A DNA stretch of 64,000 nt from Balanoglossus misakiensis (Eukaryota; Animalia; Hemichordata): contig CM082597.2 in assembly GCA_040954595.2 (NCBI GenBank), positions 1,408,886 through 1,472,885 of the forward strand. Direction: 5' to 3'. The stretch's first letter is position 1. Every line of letters starts with the position of its first letter. The notes beneath the pieces are model-generated. The model was not told the origin of the DNA. It did no database searches and worked only from the letters and a program-made list of their open reading frames with translations. Shown piece after piece: positions 40,001 through 52,598 of the stretch. Both the position numbers and the translations under genes were made by a program.

Positions 40001-42238
40001 TACTATAGCCTGCCCAATATAAGGCTCGATACCAGCAGCTCTGAAGTGGTAAGTGTTGGCGCTTGGGACAGCAGAAAGAGGAAAAAGCTTGAACAGAGAA
40101 AACACACCGAGATGAAAGGGAATGAGGTCACTGAGGTCAAGGGTAATAATGCCACCCAGGTCACTGACATACTTGAGCTGAAGACGCAAGCTGAGAAACA
40201 ATTGGCTATTCTTCAGAAGACGGTACAGCCGTCAGCGTCACATGCTTCCAATCCGCAAAGGACCGACGTCCCCACAGACAAGAATATGCTTGACCGGTCC
40301 ATTGGCGTGACCCTCGACATGATCCGAAAGATACAGCAGTTGGTGAGAGACGGTACGCTGACCCAGCAGCTCAGTCGCGAGATTGCTCCGCACTGTCAGG
40401 TGATTTGTAACCCGTACGCGAGTTTGCACGATAAATTGCAACATGTTGAAATCATCAATTTTGTGATCACAAAACGAACTGGCATTGGTCTCAATGAACT
40501 TACTGGCAAAGTCAAAAGCCCCAAGCCATGGAAGTTTCACGATATGAGTAGTCCAGTCCGACACAATCGTTCATCCAAGCCTGATGCGAAAAAGTCACCT
40601 GCTTCAAAGCAAGACAAAAGCGTTCAAAATACAAAGGATGAAACTCATTCTAAGAAGAAAATAAATTCATCGCCTGATCAGCTTGAACAGTCATCAAAGT
40701 CTACATCTGACAAGGGAGCAAAATTATCACGGTCAGCAAACAATTCTGATGGTCGGCAGAAAACAGTCCAGGAAGGGAGTGTTTGTAACAAAAGCGACGC
40801 AAGCTGCTTCAACAAAAGTAGTGATCTGCAACAGAAGAAAGAGAAATTGCTGCCCAACAGGGGAAAGGCAAGAAGTGAAAGCAGAGAAGAAAGTAAAGGC
40901 AAAAACAATGGCTGTGACAAGAAGGAGTCCAAATCTGAAGACGCTCGAAATCTGTCTTTGTACGTTTATCAAGAAAGAAAATCCAAGAGGGCTGCTGAGG
41001 AGAAGTTGAAGGAAGGCTCAAAGAATGTGAAGACGCCTGGTAAAAAAACCGAGACGTCTTCAAGACACAGAGTCAAATCTGAGAGAGAGGGGAGCAAAAC
41101 TGTCGACTGTCGGGAAGAATCAAGTGACAGTGAAGAAGAAAAGATTGGAGGGCGAAATCGCAGGTGTGGTGGTGCTCGGGATAGTAATCAGTGCAATAAA
41201 TCTGTGAACGGATCTAGGAAGACTGGAAGCCTACGCATTGATAAAAGCTCAGGGAAATCTGACAGACAAGGTGATAAGTCGGATAGCAACAGCGACGGGC
41301 GTGGAGACTGGCCGGAAATTCGGATTACAAGGAGTGGCATGAAAGTGATTCACAAAGGAGGCGGACCCAGTCACTCACCTGTGGGAGGTAACAAGAAGAG
41401 AGAGCATAGTGGTAGTGGGGGTTCTGTCAAGAAGGAGGAAGAAGTGAGAAAAAGAGAGTCAGTATCTAAGAAGAGAAAATACAACAGGAACGTTGAGGAT
41501 CCAGATGATGATGGTAGCAGCAGTGAAGACGACCAGCCAGTGAGACGACAAACAAGGAGCGCTGCTGTGACTCCCATTGGAGGAAAGAAAGTTTTGAAGA
41601 GTACAAGCAAAGACAAACACACAGGGGATAGCAGCAGTACAGATGGAGATAAAAGAAGCAATGATAAAGGAATTGGGAGAAGTGGGGATAAAACAGGACT
41701 GAGAAATGAGAAGTCTGTATATCGCGGTGTCAAGACATCACTGAAGGAAGTACAAGTTTCAAAGACTAATGATGATGTTTCTGAGAGTGAAGAGGGCGAT
41801 GATGAACCCAAGCAGAGAACGACTCGAAGCAGTCTGAGAAATAGGACCCGGATAAAAACAGGAGCTGCAGAGAAAAACTGCAAAGACTGTAGAAAAGATG
41901 TCAGTGTTGAAATGAGCGCCCAGAGAGAACTCCGAAGTCGGCCTCAGAGTACAGATGTAGGAAGGAGACTTGCAGATAGAGACAGCAGAAGCCAAACAAA
42001 ACTCAAACTTAGTCCGCAGACAACAGACAGAGTGTCCAGGTCATCGGCCAACAGTAGAAAGGACGCACCAGCTAAAATAAAAAAGAGAGACACTCCAGAA
42101 GGTGGTCACACTCCCACTGGAAGGACGATTTCTCCAAGACAAGACAGGAAAAGGCAGTCTTCTAAAGATGACAACCATGGTGATGTGTCTCCAAAACGTG
42201 CGAGATTGACGAGAAGTAATGTTTCCTACAAAATATGA
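37016..42238 (+). CDS. Large multi-C2H2 zinc-finger protein (~1,740 aa, single coding exon) with acidic tract and long basic low-complexity C-terminus
   Basis: 5.2-kb ORF with CxxC..H..H fingers including a canonical HTGEKPYEC linker. First ATG at 37016 follows an AG acceptor at ~36933; a splice donor lies just after the stop codon. Confidence 0.92.
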   Translation: MSDKNQELVQSQRKVEQESVPKPVEKKEPGKASKASGNEPGKASKTSGNGKEGKQGKEKKAIKSKKSLIRVSPRTVKTKKRKALISPGKRIRKGRYDFKPFVCALCNAGFKYEQVLVFHVRSHTGEKPYECGQCDFAAIQPASLEQHRRVAHKLDGYQCSHCGKAFRKEATLKMHCRSHESDAKGASNAENVTKKERLLETKSDQAKSASPGCTHSDDVKEKTKKVKKSAPVVETETSKDGHEHVGNVKKDNSHVCDVCSFTCSKRGAYKKHMKQEHGVDIGGSKESSKPEKQPQSVRETPATENIQSGKATATSKDDRAAVDQAIKFVNQLKARTDDQGNNYWSCLKCTFVRFTQRTAFVHHLVSCQHRVVYSCDSCDYIAVKVTELQEHKEKEHRPPPEPSPKPSNLQFVYGCEVCGFVTAAIGGLAEHRFLKHGLPKATCTEFGFQEKAVFICEFCKYITTSYQEYSTHKQMAHPGMIAHYGPPMLTQQAQFQTFANPVVEVTKLRIAEDALVKQKKTKDAKIDRKSNNQEKITKTEQKVVQAEAVEGVNRQNLAVPQITEPKKPGDKLDKMKSVIQWSKRCQNCQMLLNSAFDMAHHKREIKDNWYNCRCHVCKYAATSLCDLECHKQQYHRHVCKMCDATCTSEADLINHTRLVHPLIFKHKYGHLTPLPEIQDQTTSSLKKHTTPVKTNQPKRKVESNWHVCKMCDLVCKSEVELVTHTRLVHPVIFDRSYMYTTYAGSGQPVTKTQTENTTQIPRLDSKIVKKGNQGEVEKKLVSQTSNSSQSTENVRADFIDLTKPTKLKPAYPKQKRTVDRLLERESDTDMSSEDETDVEEEEKLMKMLEDEDNECSSENGSNDDDESDSTDETSSFGQQPVSSGKLPNIHHTNVTMAPLPKAPVLGPNVQHLKRKLPVIPGMRLYSSLDLPLFPEDMKSFEERKKMPFALVPVEDIQNLTKDFITRTHAATLSFFIDTAMLVHAKSLLRRRKRWTYYSLPNIRLDTSSSEVVSVGAWDSRKRKKLEQRKHTEMKGNEVTEVKGNNATQVTDILELKTQAEKQLAILQKTVQPSASHASNPQRTDVPTDKNMLDRSIGVTLDMIRKIQQLVRDGTLTQQLSREIAPHCQVICNPYASLHDKLQHVEIINFVITKRTGIGLNELTGKVKSPKPWKFHDMSSPVRHNRSSKPDAKKSPASKQDKSVQNTKDETHSKKKINSSPDQLEQSSKSTSDKGAKLSRSANNSDGRQKTVQEGSVCNKSDASCFNKSSDLQQKKEKLLPNRGKARSESREESKGKNNGCDKKESKSEDARNLSLYVYQERKSKRAAEEKLKEGSKNVKTPGKKTETSSRHRVKSEREGSKTVDCREESSDSEEEKIGGRNRRCGGARDSNQCNKSVNGSRKTGSLRIDKSSGKSDRQGDKSDSNSDGRGDWPEIRITRSGMKVIHKGGGPSHSPVGGNKKREHSGSGGSVKKEEEVRKRESVSKKRKYNRNVEDPDDDGSSSEDDQPVRRQTRSAAVTPIGGKKVLKSTSKDKHTGDSSSTDGDKRSNDKGIGRSGDKTGLRNEKSVYRGVKTSLKEVQVSKTNDDVSESEEGDDEPKQRTTRSSLRNRTRIKTGAAEKNCKDCRKDVSVEMSAQRELRSRPQSTDVGRRLADRDSRSQTKLKLSPQTTDRVSRSSANSRKDAPAKIKKRDTPEGGHTPTGRTISPRQDRKRQSSKDDNHGDVSPKRARLTRSNVSYKI

Positions 42239-44338
42239 AGGTGAGTGTCTGGTTTATTGTGAATCCAAAAATAGGTGTGCCTTTTCAATTAATACAGTGT
42301 GCTTTTCATATTATTATCTGTGATGCATTACTGCATAAAACTAATATATTTCACTCTTTCTGGTTATTTTTCCCTCTCTGTTTATGCAGTGGCTGTGCCA
42401 AAGACTTGATAGTCCAGACTGTGCAGGAGACTTCATATTTCCGGGTCAGCAGAGGTCACGCTGCATCAGACGCTGCAGACTGATGTCAGGAATTGCCAAG
42501 ATTTATAGAAGTAGCCGACGTAATTATGGAATGAGGTGCTGTATCCTAGTGAGCGATCTTAGAGGCATGTGACTATGTCACAAATGTGGTGTTGACATAT
42601 TGCCATCCATTTCCGTGAACATTGCATATTTTGGAAATTTAGATATGCTTGAAATTCCGTGTGAATTTTTGTGTGAATATTACATACATGTACATCCAAA
42701 GAAAGTGTAACCACACATCTTTTCATTTACTTATATCAGTGAAAAAATATCTTTTAATTCTTATCTTGTATACATAGCATATATCCATGTTAAAAATCAT
42801 AAAAATGAAATCATGAATCATGGTTGTTGTTTGTTCATAGAAGCCATTGTATTTTTCAGGTTTTTTCCCCACTTGTTGTTTTCTAAGCAAAGGACAGCCC
42901 CATGGCAGGTCATTGACCTCATAGTGCCAAAGTGGGCGATATACAGACTGGATGAAAAATGTAGCATTTCATCAGTTTGGATGTTTAGAAACATTTGAAA
43001 TGTTTTTCTTTGTTTTTAGTGTGTATCCATTTTTTTTTTATGTTTTATGAATATTGAATCAAATGTTTTTAGAATATACATTGATTCATATATGCAACAT
43101 CCAACATTGATATGTTTGTCCTGTAACCAAAGGGGATTTCTTATTACTAGTAATTCACTGCATAAATTCAAAGAAGTTCTTGCAAAAAAAACAAAGTCCA
43201 TTGAAATTGAATTCCCATTAAAGTGAGATGGCGTCTTCTTTTATGTGTAGACTCCAAGAACAAGTTCCTGGGTTGACATAGCTGATTCTTGACTGTGCAA
43301 GAATGTCATAATGATACAGCATTTTTATGATTTTATTTTCGAAATCATTGGCACTTCTAATAGTTTGTTTTGCCATGTTATGTTTGGATAATGTTTCATA
43401 TAGTTATATTATTTTCTAAGTGTATTGATAAATTCACTATTTTCAGCAGAAGTATGAAATTATCATTACTTTCATTGATCTTCAACTGTACAAAATGTTT
43501 GTAATTTTAATTATGGGATATGTAAACTGTAACCAAGGTGAGTTTGTATGTGTAAAAGTTATTCTTTCCTCCAGTGTACAGCATGGAAATTGTATGATAT
43601 ATTGGACCTTGTGATATTTTTGTTCAGAATAAATGAACGAGTTCAAAGATGAATTATTTTGTCAGATTTTCACATGCATGAATTTTGTTTCCAGGGTAAC
43701 TCGTCAAAAGTGATGGAACGTTTGTGAAATGCGCGATGAATTGTAGTAGACAAAGACATAGGAAGTTAGGTGTACGCAAAACCCGCCGTGTGTGGCGCAC
43801 TTCGCGTTAGTGTGACGTACTTCCGCCAGCGCCTGCGTGACCGTATATTTATGTTCACAATTAACTAAAATACAGATAACTTTTGGCCAATCCACGCCTA
43901 TCTTTAAAAGTCATCGAATTTAATTACACTACTTCAACGTTTATCTTAATTACATAGATAGCATATGGTGTACTGGATAAACTCTGATCGTTTGGGGAAT
44001 TTGGGTGAGAGGGGGTGGGTGGGTGAGAGAGAGAGAGAGAGCTGCGAAAATAGTTACGAATAAATATGTTTGCTATAAACTAAAAAAAGAATCGTTGAAC
44101 ACAATCAGCCCCTATCAGTGATATACTGGCGAAAAGATATATTTTTTTCAAGTGTTCCAGAGTACGCAATCTTGTTGGTTGAAATGTGCATAATTCAAAC
44201 AGCGGTCCAAAATCGTTTGGTCCAACTTCGGAGAGGCACCAGCGCAGCGCTGGTTAAACATTAATAAGTGGTATTTTTTTATAATTCAGGTCTACTTGCA
44301 ACAAGAGTGTCGGACAGGTGACACTACCGAGGGACAAA

Positions 44339-47300
44339 ATGTCGTTATTCGCCGTTGTTTTGTCGTTGTTGGCTTTCAGCTGGAGTGTCGGAGAGATTGG
44401 ATGTCAAGATTTGAAGGACATGCCGCCATGTTTCGGGTAAGAATAACTGATTACATAAGTTTTGTGTGACTTGCTGATCTCTGATACAAGGAGTAACGAA
44501 TCCGACTTGATCATACGGAGATCCAATTTCTCGAGAATAGCAGAGTCATAATGCGAACGGATATAGCTTGGCCATTATGTGTTATTCTATGTGGTCTATA
44601 GTATTATTGCAACATCTTTATTTCAATATTGCTTACAAGAAGAATACAGAATGAGTTTTCCCGACAGATGCATAGGGTACAAATGTCCATGTCGAATTGT
44701 ATGTATATTAGCAGAGGGCTTTGGATATTACTTATCGCTGCTCGACATGTCATTCGCTATTTTGCTTAGATAAGACGTATCGGCTCTTGTCACGGTGCAC
44801 AGACCTCGACATACAACAATCACCAGCGCGACACTTCGAGCTATAGTCCCTAAGCGCCCATTCATGTTCTATGGTCTACCAGGCTCAATTTACACCGACC
44901 CTCTATTTACTGCTATTGGTTTACAATAAAGTCTAATTCGCGGATATTTATGGTTTTATGGTTTGTTTATTACACCGTATTGCTCACGAATGATATATAG
45001 CGGAAAGTCGCACATGTGCAGTTTAAACGATATACTCAGCTATCTAAATTAATCTGTTGCAGATGGCGACAAGACGAAATATATTGCTATGGAGACCTAC
45101 TGAACGACGCGCAGACGGCAAACCTATATGAAGACTCGAAATCGTATGTTGATTTGAATTTGCGTGACGATCCAGGTATAATTATATGTATATTTCACTT
45201 TATGAATTTTTTTAGCCTCTGTTCCTTATGATCCAATCAACTCCTGAGTTGATATGAAAACACTGTCACGTATTGCGCATAAAACTTTGATCGCCACCAG
45301 TATTCTGGACACTTCCGCGATTGTTTGTTTAGAAACAGACAACCTTACCATACCTTAAAATTAACACGCGATCTCATTCAATGTACGTTTTTTTAAAACA
45401 GAAACTGTATTGCAAGAATATGAAGCACTCGGTAGTGATCCTGTAGGTAACAACTTAATGCCGGACTTCGTTAACACTTACTACGAAGGACCCGGGACTG
45501 AGTTTGAAGATTGGGTCCCCCAAGATTGGACTGACAGGTAACACACAGTGTTAAATTATCATTCCCGTGCAATCTCAAAGTGCCCTGCGGTTATTGATAA
45601 AATGTCACGAAATGTCACCATAATTGTAACCCCTTGACCTTTGTCAACAGTATGCATGGTAACACCAAGGAACGATTTATTTAGTGTACGCAACGACGCT
45701 GTTATGATGGTCAATAGTTACAAAGCAAGACAATAACACCAATTTTTTTTCATATATGTAAACATAGATCGCATGTTTGAAATGCTTTTGTCTTCTCTCT
45801 TTGTTCCGCAGCCCAAATTTCCTGAATGAGATCACAGACAACAACTACCGTCAATTCGCATCGGATCTAAACGCCCTCTGGAAAGAACTCGGTCGACAGA
45901 TCCATAGCAACGTGAGCAACTCCCAGGAAAGATATTCACTCATCTATGTGAATAATTCGTTTATAGTCCCCGGTGGGCGATTTCGGGAGTTCTACTATTG
46001 GTGAGAATGACGCTTTCACTGATTTTTCGCTTCCTGTCCAATCATAACGAGTGTAACTCCCGAGTGACCCAATTTGTAACAGGGTTTTCTATTGGGTAAT
46101 CAATGTTGCAATCCATCTGTATACTTTGTGACAGGGATTCCTATTGGGTAATCAATGGTCTGCTGATATGTGAGATGACCACTACTGTCAAGGGAATGCT
46201 GGAAAACTTTGTTCAGATGGTGGAAACGTAAGTAGTGTGAATTTCAACCACCAATAGACCCCCTATTAATTTATGCAAAGACTTCGGAGGTATGTGTTCT
46301 TACCACGTGTTTTGATTGTATAATTCAGATTCGGATTCGTGCCAAATGGGGGTAGAATCTACTACACTCGGCGCAGCCAGCCTGCTCTGCTGATTCCAAT
46401 GGTCAAAAGATACCTGGACGCCACCGATGATGTCGATTTTGTTGAGAGCATCCTGCCATCATTGGAGAAAGAGTACGACTTCTGGATGAACAACCGAACA
46501 GTGAACGTCACTGGCTACACGCTGAATCAGTACAACACACGCATGGGTATGCCAAGGTATGTAATATCCACCTTTCCAGTTGCATTTCTACACGATTCTT
46601 GATGTTCAGATTGTGTGATGAAGTCAGTGTCCAATCCACTGGCCCTGCTGGTATGAAGTGCATGTGGGAAACAGCAAAAAGCTGCAGTTTGAGTCTTCAC
46701 ATGTGTCATCTATGGGGTACTCTTCCTTCCAGACCAGAATCCTACAGAGAAGATGTCAACACTGCATCTGGAATCACAAATGAAGGTAAGGATCCACTTA
46801 CATTATAGTTGGTGTGCATTTGCAATCAAAAGGCACATCTTGTTCCTCTGAGAAAGTCTGTTGTTATGTCATGTGTAATTTAACTTGAGCACTGTAAATT
46901 TCATACTTGAGTTATTCCTGCCCAGTTGTAGTGTTAACACAATATCTCATCACTTGAATTTCATATGTTGTTTCTTTCTATGATACAGATGACAAGGCTC
47001 AGTTGTATTCGGACATAGCGTCAGCAGCAGAGAGTGGCTGGGATTTCTCGTCGCGTTGGTTTAGAGGCGAAACTCTGGATACAATAACAACCACTCAATT
47101 TGTACCAATAGATTTGAACAGCATGCTTTGCATGAATGAACGCATTCTGGCTGATTTGTTCAAGCAATTTGGTAAGTTGGTCAGAAAACCTTTAATAGCA
47201 AATCAGTTACAATTCTGTTAAACTCCACACCTGTTTTAGTTTTATACAAAGCTTGACATGTATTACTTTGCTAGTGACCAAGTCTCGCGAGATCTCGCAA

Positions 47301-48710
47301 TCATCTATTGGGTCTCAATGTCTTCCACTCTTCAGGGGACACAGCCAAAGAACAGCAATACAGAGATGCATACAACAGAAGAGTACAGGCCATCAATGAC
47401 GTCATGTGGGACAGTGAGAAGGGCGCTTGGTTCGACTATGATCTGACGTCACAAACATTGAGGAAGGACAGCTTCTATCTAGCCTCGGTGGCGCCATTGT
47501 GGGCAGGATGCACTGATGACCCAAGTAAAGAGCAGTTGATATTAGATTACCTGAAGGTAAACTAAAATATCTAATGTTAAATTGCTCATGTCTAGCTGGT
47601 TGTGGCATAGAGATATGCTATTAATATACATGAGGTACTGGTTAATATTCAACAGCCATGTGTATCTGTCTGGAGGGTGTTGTTAACATCACACCATACC
47701 ATCCCAGGTGCTCGCCTCCATTTGTACTATTTATTCATGAACTATTCACTCTTATTCTTGTCTTTATGAAATATGCCACCTGACGATGTTGAACTTGGGG
47801 TTCACTGTGCAGACTATTAGTAACCCTTTGGTAATTTCACAGAGCGAAGATGTTTTAGATTACTACTGTGGTGTACCAACAACTGACAAAGAGAGCGGTG
47901 AACAGTGGGACTTCCCAAACGCCTGGCCTCCGTTGCAAGAAATGGTCATCACAGGGCTTGCCAAGTCCTCACTGCAAGAAGCACAGGATTTGGCTGAACG
48001 ACTTGCTCAAGGATGGACATACTGTAATTGGAAGACTTATGTGGACTCTGAAAATAACTATATGTATGAAAAGGTAAGTCTGGATATCTCAATTTGTTGT
48101 ATTTTATCAATTTTATTGAATGGCACCTTGCAATGTGTCTTTCATCAAAACAGACATTTTGTGAAATTTAAGTATATTCTCCTGTTTTTTACAGTATGAC
48201 GTCAACCAAGGTGCACCTGGTGGAGGAGGTGAATATGACGTACAGGTATGTCCATCTGTGTTTTTTTGCAGGTTAGACTTCCTGTGTTGAGCTTTGTTTC
48301 AAGTGGAAATTAAATTTATGGAAATCATTCAGCTTATTGAAACATGTGCAATGGTATACGGGTAGGTGTGTCACTGACTACTGATTTCCCCTTGGAAGAC
48401 TTTTACGCAAAATGTCAGTGATTATAGCAAGTGTTTCCATAAATATCATGCATGTGAGTCGCACATGTATTCATCATAAATTGTTCTTGTGGAACCAATG
48501 TTGATGAGATCACAGAAATTATGAACACGGACACTCCTTTGTCTGCAGCTTGGTTTTGGTTGGACCAATGGCGTCATCATACAGTTACTGAAGGAGTATG
48601 GAGACATACTAGTGGCTGAGCCAGTGAGCGCTGCCACCATGGTAACCGCGTCCACATTTGTACTTGTCAGTGCCTTGCCGTTGTTGATGGTTCAGCTGTT
48701 GGGTTTGTGA
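44339..48710 (+). CDS. TREH: Trehalase (GH37), signal peptide and GPI-like C-terminus
   Basis: About 13 exons with hallmark motifs VPGGRFREFYYWDSYW, PNGGRIYYTRRSQP, RPESYRED, AAESGWDFSSRW, QWDFPNAWPPLQ, GGGGEYDVQ and GFGWTNG. Confidence 0.96.
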
Positions 48711-49632
48711 CAATCTCTAAGTCCTGCCGTCAGTTAGATGAGACAAATATTACTGCAGCTCTAATGAACACTTCGTCTTCCAAAATATAGATTAAAATAG
48801 TCCTTATACCAAGTGGAATAGCTTAGTCCAGAGTTATAGTCTTTTATATTTTGCTGAATCGACAATGATGACGATCATACAAAAAATCAGTTTATTTCAC
48901 TTTATTTGCTTTCCATTATATTCTTATAAAGTGCACTTAGGTCCACTTACTGTCGTAGGCGGAAGTGGTCAAATGCTTCACCCTATAGCATGACGTGTTC
49001 CGCTTGGCGTGTCCATTAGCACCGGAAATGACGTGTTCAAAATGCCGGAACACTGAAACCTGAAATGTATTGTGGTGGTCCACGTGCATGGGCGTAAAAA
49101 CGTGATATCCAATAAGACACGTTGCAGCCTTTAGGTTAATTTTGCTTTTCGGTTTTGCTTAATAAAATGTACAAGCCTCTCTTCTGACTCTTCTATAGTA
49201 AGTTTTCCCTATATACTTGTAGAAACGTTTCAAATACTCGTTGATACAGTAGACAGCAATGCCGCGTTATTTGTCAGAAGATCGATACTGCCCAAGGTCT
49301 GTAAAATCGCACGGTCATGGGAAACACATATTGCATAACGCGATGGTGGCCATGCAACATTGTGAGGTAAAATACAGACTTCTCAGAATGAACCATTTGA
49401 TGATAGGTAGATCCAGGCATTGAATTTCACGTTATCTACAGGAACAGTTCGGTCAACTCCATAAAAATTAAGTCACCTCCCCTATATTATTAGTTTGGGT
49501 TCTTCCATCGATTATGAAATCGTATAAGTAAACTTGAGATAGGCTTGTGTCGTCTGCGCGGTTGGTAATTGTTGCACCTTGTGGGTGAATGACATTGCTG
49601 TATCTAACACAAAACGACGAAGGATTTCAACG

Positions 49633-51407
49633 ATGTACTCCCAAATGTTTCAGCTGATCAGCTTAGTCACACTTTTGCCCACACATGGTCATCCATGGAT
49701 TACCGGGAACTCTATCAAGGTAATAAGTTCACATATTACTTCACACCATCTGCGGATCGTTAGACTTGCGAAAACAGCTCTTAGGTTAATCTCGTTATCA
49801 CGATAATGCATTATGATAACGTACTATATTTGTACACATGTCGCTGATATCTATTACGTTTATTTAGATAGCTTGTCTAGTATGTTTTCTAAGTTCTCTC
49901 ACCAAAACTGCATTTTCGTCAGAACTTTACACCTAATTCAATGCTGTGTCCGAACATCACACTACAGTGCTGCTTACGGCCTTTCAGATAACTTGAGAAA
50001 ATTTTGACTATGTTCTCTTTTCTGTAGATTGCAGACAGGAACCTGGCCAATCAGAAATACGGGAGCAAGTTTGACTTCCTGAAGAAAGGTAAGATTGAAA
50101 CTTTACTGATGTTTCAAGTGTCCGTACGTGAGTAGATTTTCTTTCCGCACCCCAAACGCTGAACCAAACTTCACTTTTGTCTGTATTTCACCTTAGTGCT
50201 TCATTCGTTTTTTTGATTAGGCATAGCCAAGCGATCCGCCGGAAATGGATTACAGCGGAGTGATATATGTTCTTACCTGTATCCGAACTATCCTTACATT
50301 TGTGCCGACAATTCTTGGTGTATCGCTGAAAGTCAGATCTGCGACGATGTCGTCACGTGTTACGACAGCAGTGACGAAGAAGATTGCGCAGTAGACACAC
50401 GAGCATCAACGACAGGTAATTTATTTTAATTCGACCGACAATACAGACGGAATTCCAAAATGGCGGATTCTTGCCATACTGAAATTCTGTAGCAGGAAAA
50501 TAAAATATGGATGGGTATGATTTTACTCCTGTTTGTGTCTAACACAACTTTTTCATGTTTGTACAGTTTCTCAGCCGTTTCTTGACACCCGTGCCGGTGG
50601 CTGTGCCGTGTCGTTTCCTCGATATCCGTACAGATGCTCCAGAAAATCGAGTATGTGCATCAGCGACAAACAGCTTTGCGATGCCCTGGGGCAGTGTGAA
50701 GAGTTTAATGACGAAGTCGGATGTGGTGAGTTTCTCAAACAGTCAGTCAGTTGGTTAGTTAGTTATAGTTAGTTGGTAATTAGTCGTTGCAAAATATTTC
50801 AGGGCCTCGCAAATGAAGCATGCTTACTGACTCTTTTTCTTATTCGGCAGAATATGGTTATGGCGAAATGAGCAACTGTAGGGTACCCATAACTGACGGA
50901 ATGGTTGGCTGTAAGGGTAATGTCGACTTGTCATTCCAAATGCTTGACGCTCACAATTACATGAGATGTATGCATGGTGTAGGGCCTCTTGGATGGGACC
51001 AGCACCTGGCTGACGTTGCTCTGGAAACAGCAAGGCAGAACGCAAATATTGGTCGTATGATGCATAGCAGAAGAGGGTATGGAGAGAATCTAGCTATGAT
51101 TGAGATAGCTGATGTTTACCATGCGTCAGGTAAGCAGGATGAGAGAACATAACACAACACATTGTCACAAAAATGTTTTTGAGTGTCATTCAGAATTGTA
51201 ACATCTGATACTTTCTCACTCAGTCTCTCTCTGTCTAATCTGTTCAGGTTTTGGCATAGTGAAGATGTGGTATGACGAAATTGAATTGTATAATTTTAAC
51301 ATGCACGGATTTAGCCACAGGACAGGCAAGTAATCTTTCTGCCATGCACAAAATTGTGCATTGTGTATCAATCAATCAATTTCAGTCTGGCTGTCTGCCT
51401 TTGAGTT

Positions 51408-51478
<71 letters not shown>

Positions 51479-51691
51479 TTTTCATTCATTTTATTTATTT
51501 ATTTTCATTTATTTATTTATTTATTTTTAGGACACTTGACACAGCTTCTTTGGGCAGATACAACCAGGATTGGTTGTGCTGTTGATTATAATTACGGGGC
51601 TCTCTTCGTTGCTTGTGAATATAACCCACCGGGTAATGTGTTCGGTCAGTACGAGGACAATGTGTTTCCACCACTATACAACAGGACTTAA
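49633..51691 (+). CDS. Secreted LDLa-LDLa-CAP (SCP/PR-1/CRISP) domain protein
   Basis: Exons ~49633-49719, 50028-50088, 50221-50415, 50567-50726, 50851-51129, 51248-51325, 51531-51691. LDLa: CIAESQICDDVVTCYDSSDEEDC and CISDKQLCDALGQCEEFNDEVGC. CAP: AHNYMR, GENLA, WYDE, GHLTQLLW, CEYNPPGN. Confidence 0.87.
51407..51528 (+). repeat. (TTTA)n microsatellite
   Basis: Tetranucleotide run directly before the last CAP exon acceptor. Confidence 0.93.
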
Positions 51692-52598
51692 AGGAAGAGT
51701 GTCGTTTGAACTGCACATGTGCGAGTTGTCTGTATATAAACACAATTTACTGTTTAAGGAGACCCTGCCAACCGACAAATGTCATATTACAGTAAATCAG
51801 AGATCTGATAAAACGTAACGACGCATTGTTTACCATGATGTACTAAAAATGACTTTAAAGCTAGAACCTTGAGTAGTTTTGACTTTAGAGGCTGTAAAAC
51901 GTAAGAACCCCGATTTTTGTTAAGAACCTCAGCCAGGTGTGCAAATAGGCAAGTTCCATTAACAATCGTCATTTCGATCTCGCACGCGTGCACACCACGT
52001 GTTTGTACCCTCTGCCCTCGAGCACGATATGAAATTCTCACCCAGGAGCGAAAACTGTCAGCCTCGGAATAGTAACTACTACATTAGTAACTGATGAAGG
52101 GCATGTAGCAATTCTTGTCAAGAAGTTTAATGTAAACTACCCTGGACAGTTGCTTTTAGAGCCGGTAAAATATAGAATGTCACTTCCTGAACTGTTCCAT
52201 CTGCGGAGATCTGTGCTCCATCCGGGGACTGCCACAGGTTTCCGATAACACGTGACCCCAAATTGCTGTCCTAGTTTTAATGAACGCACGATAAAGCCGT
52301 TAGAGTTAAACGTTTTCAAATTGTCTTGATATGGCAATCATTTTTTCATAAATCTACGAAATTAAACGCATAATTTCCAGCCTCCAGTGCGCCGGTTGAA
52401 GCGATCTGAAAAGCGGACCGCCTAGGGGTGCCTTGTGTGACGTAGCCACCTGTTGAGCCAATCAGGACGCAGTAGGTGTTTTGATTGTACGTGATTGTCA
52501 TCAGAGGTTGTGGATACCGAGCGAGGAAACGTCCCGTCCAACGAAGCGAGTTCTCAATTCATTGTAGTGAACATTTCTGTACCTATATCACACGCAAA

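Noticed and set aside
37265-41995. Antisense ORFs within the zinc-finger gene
   Set aside because: Shadows of the low-complexity sense ORF.
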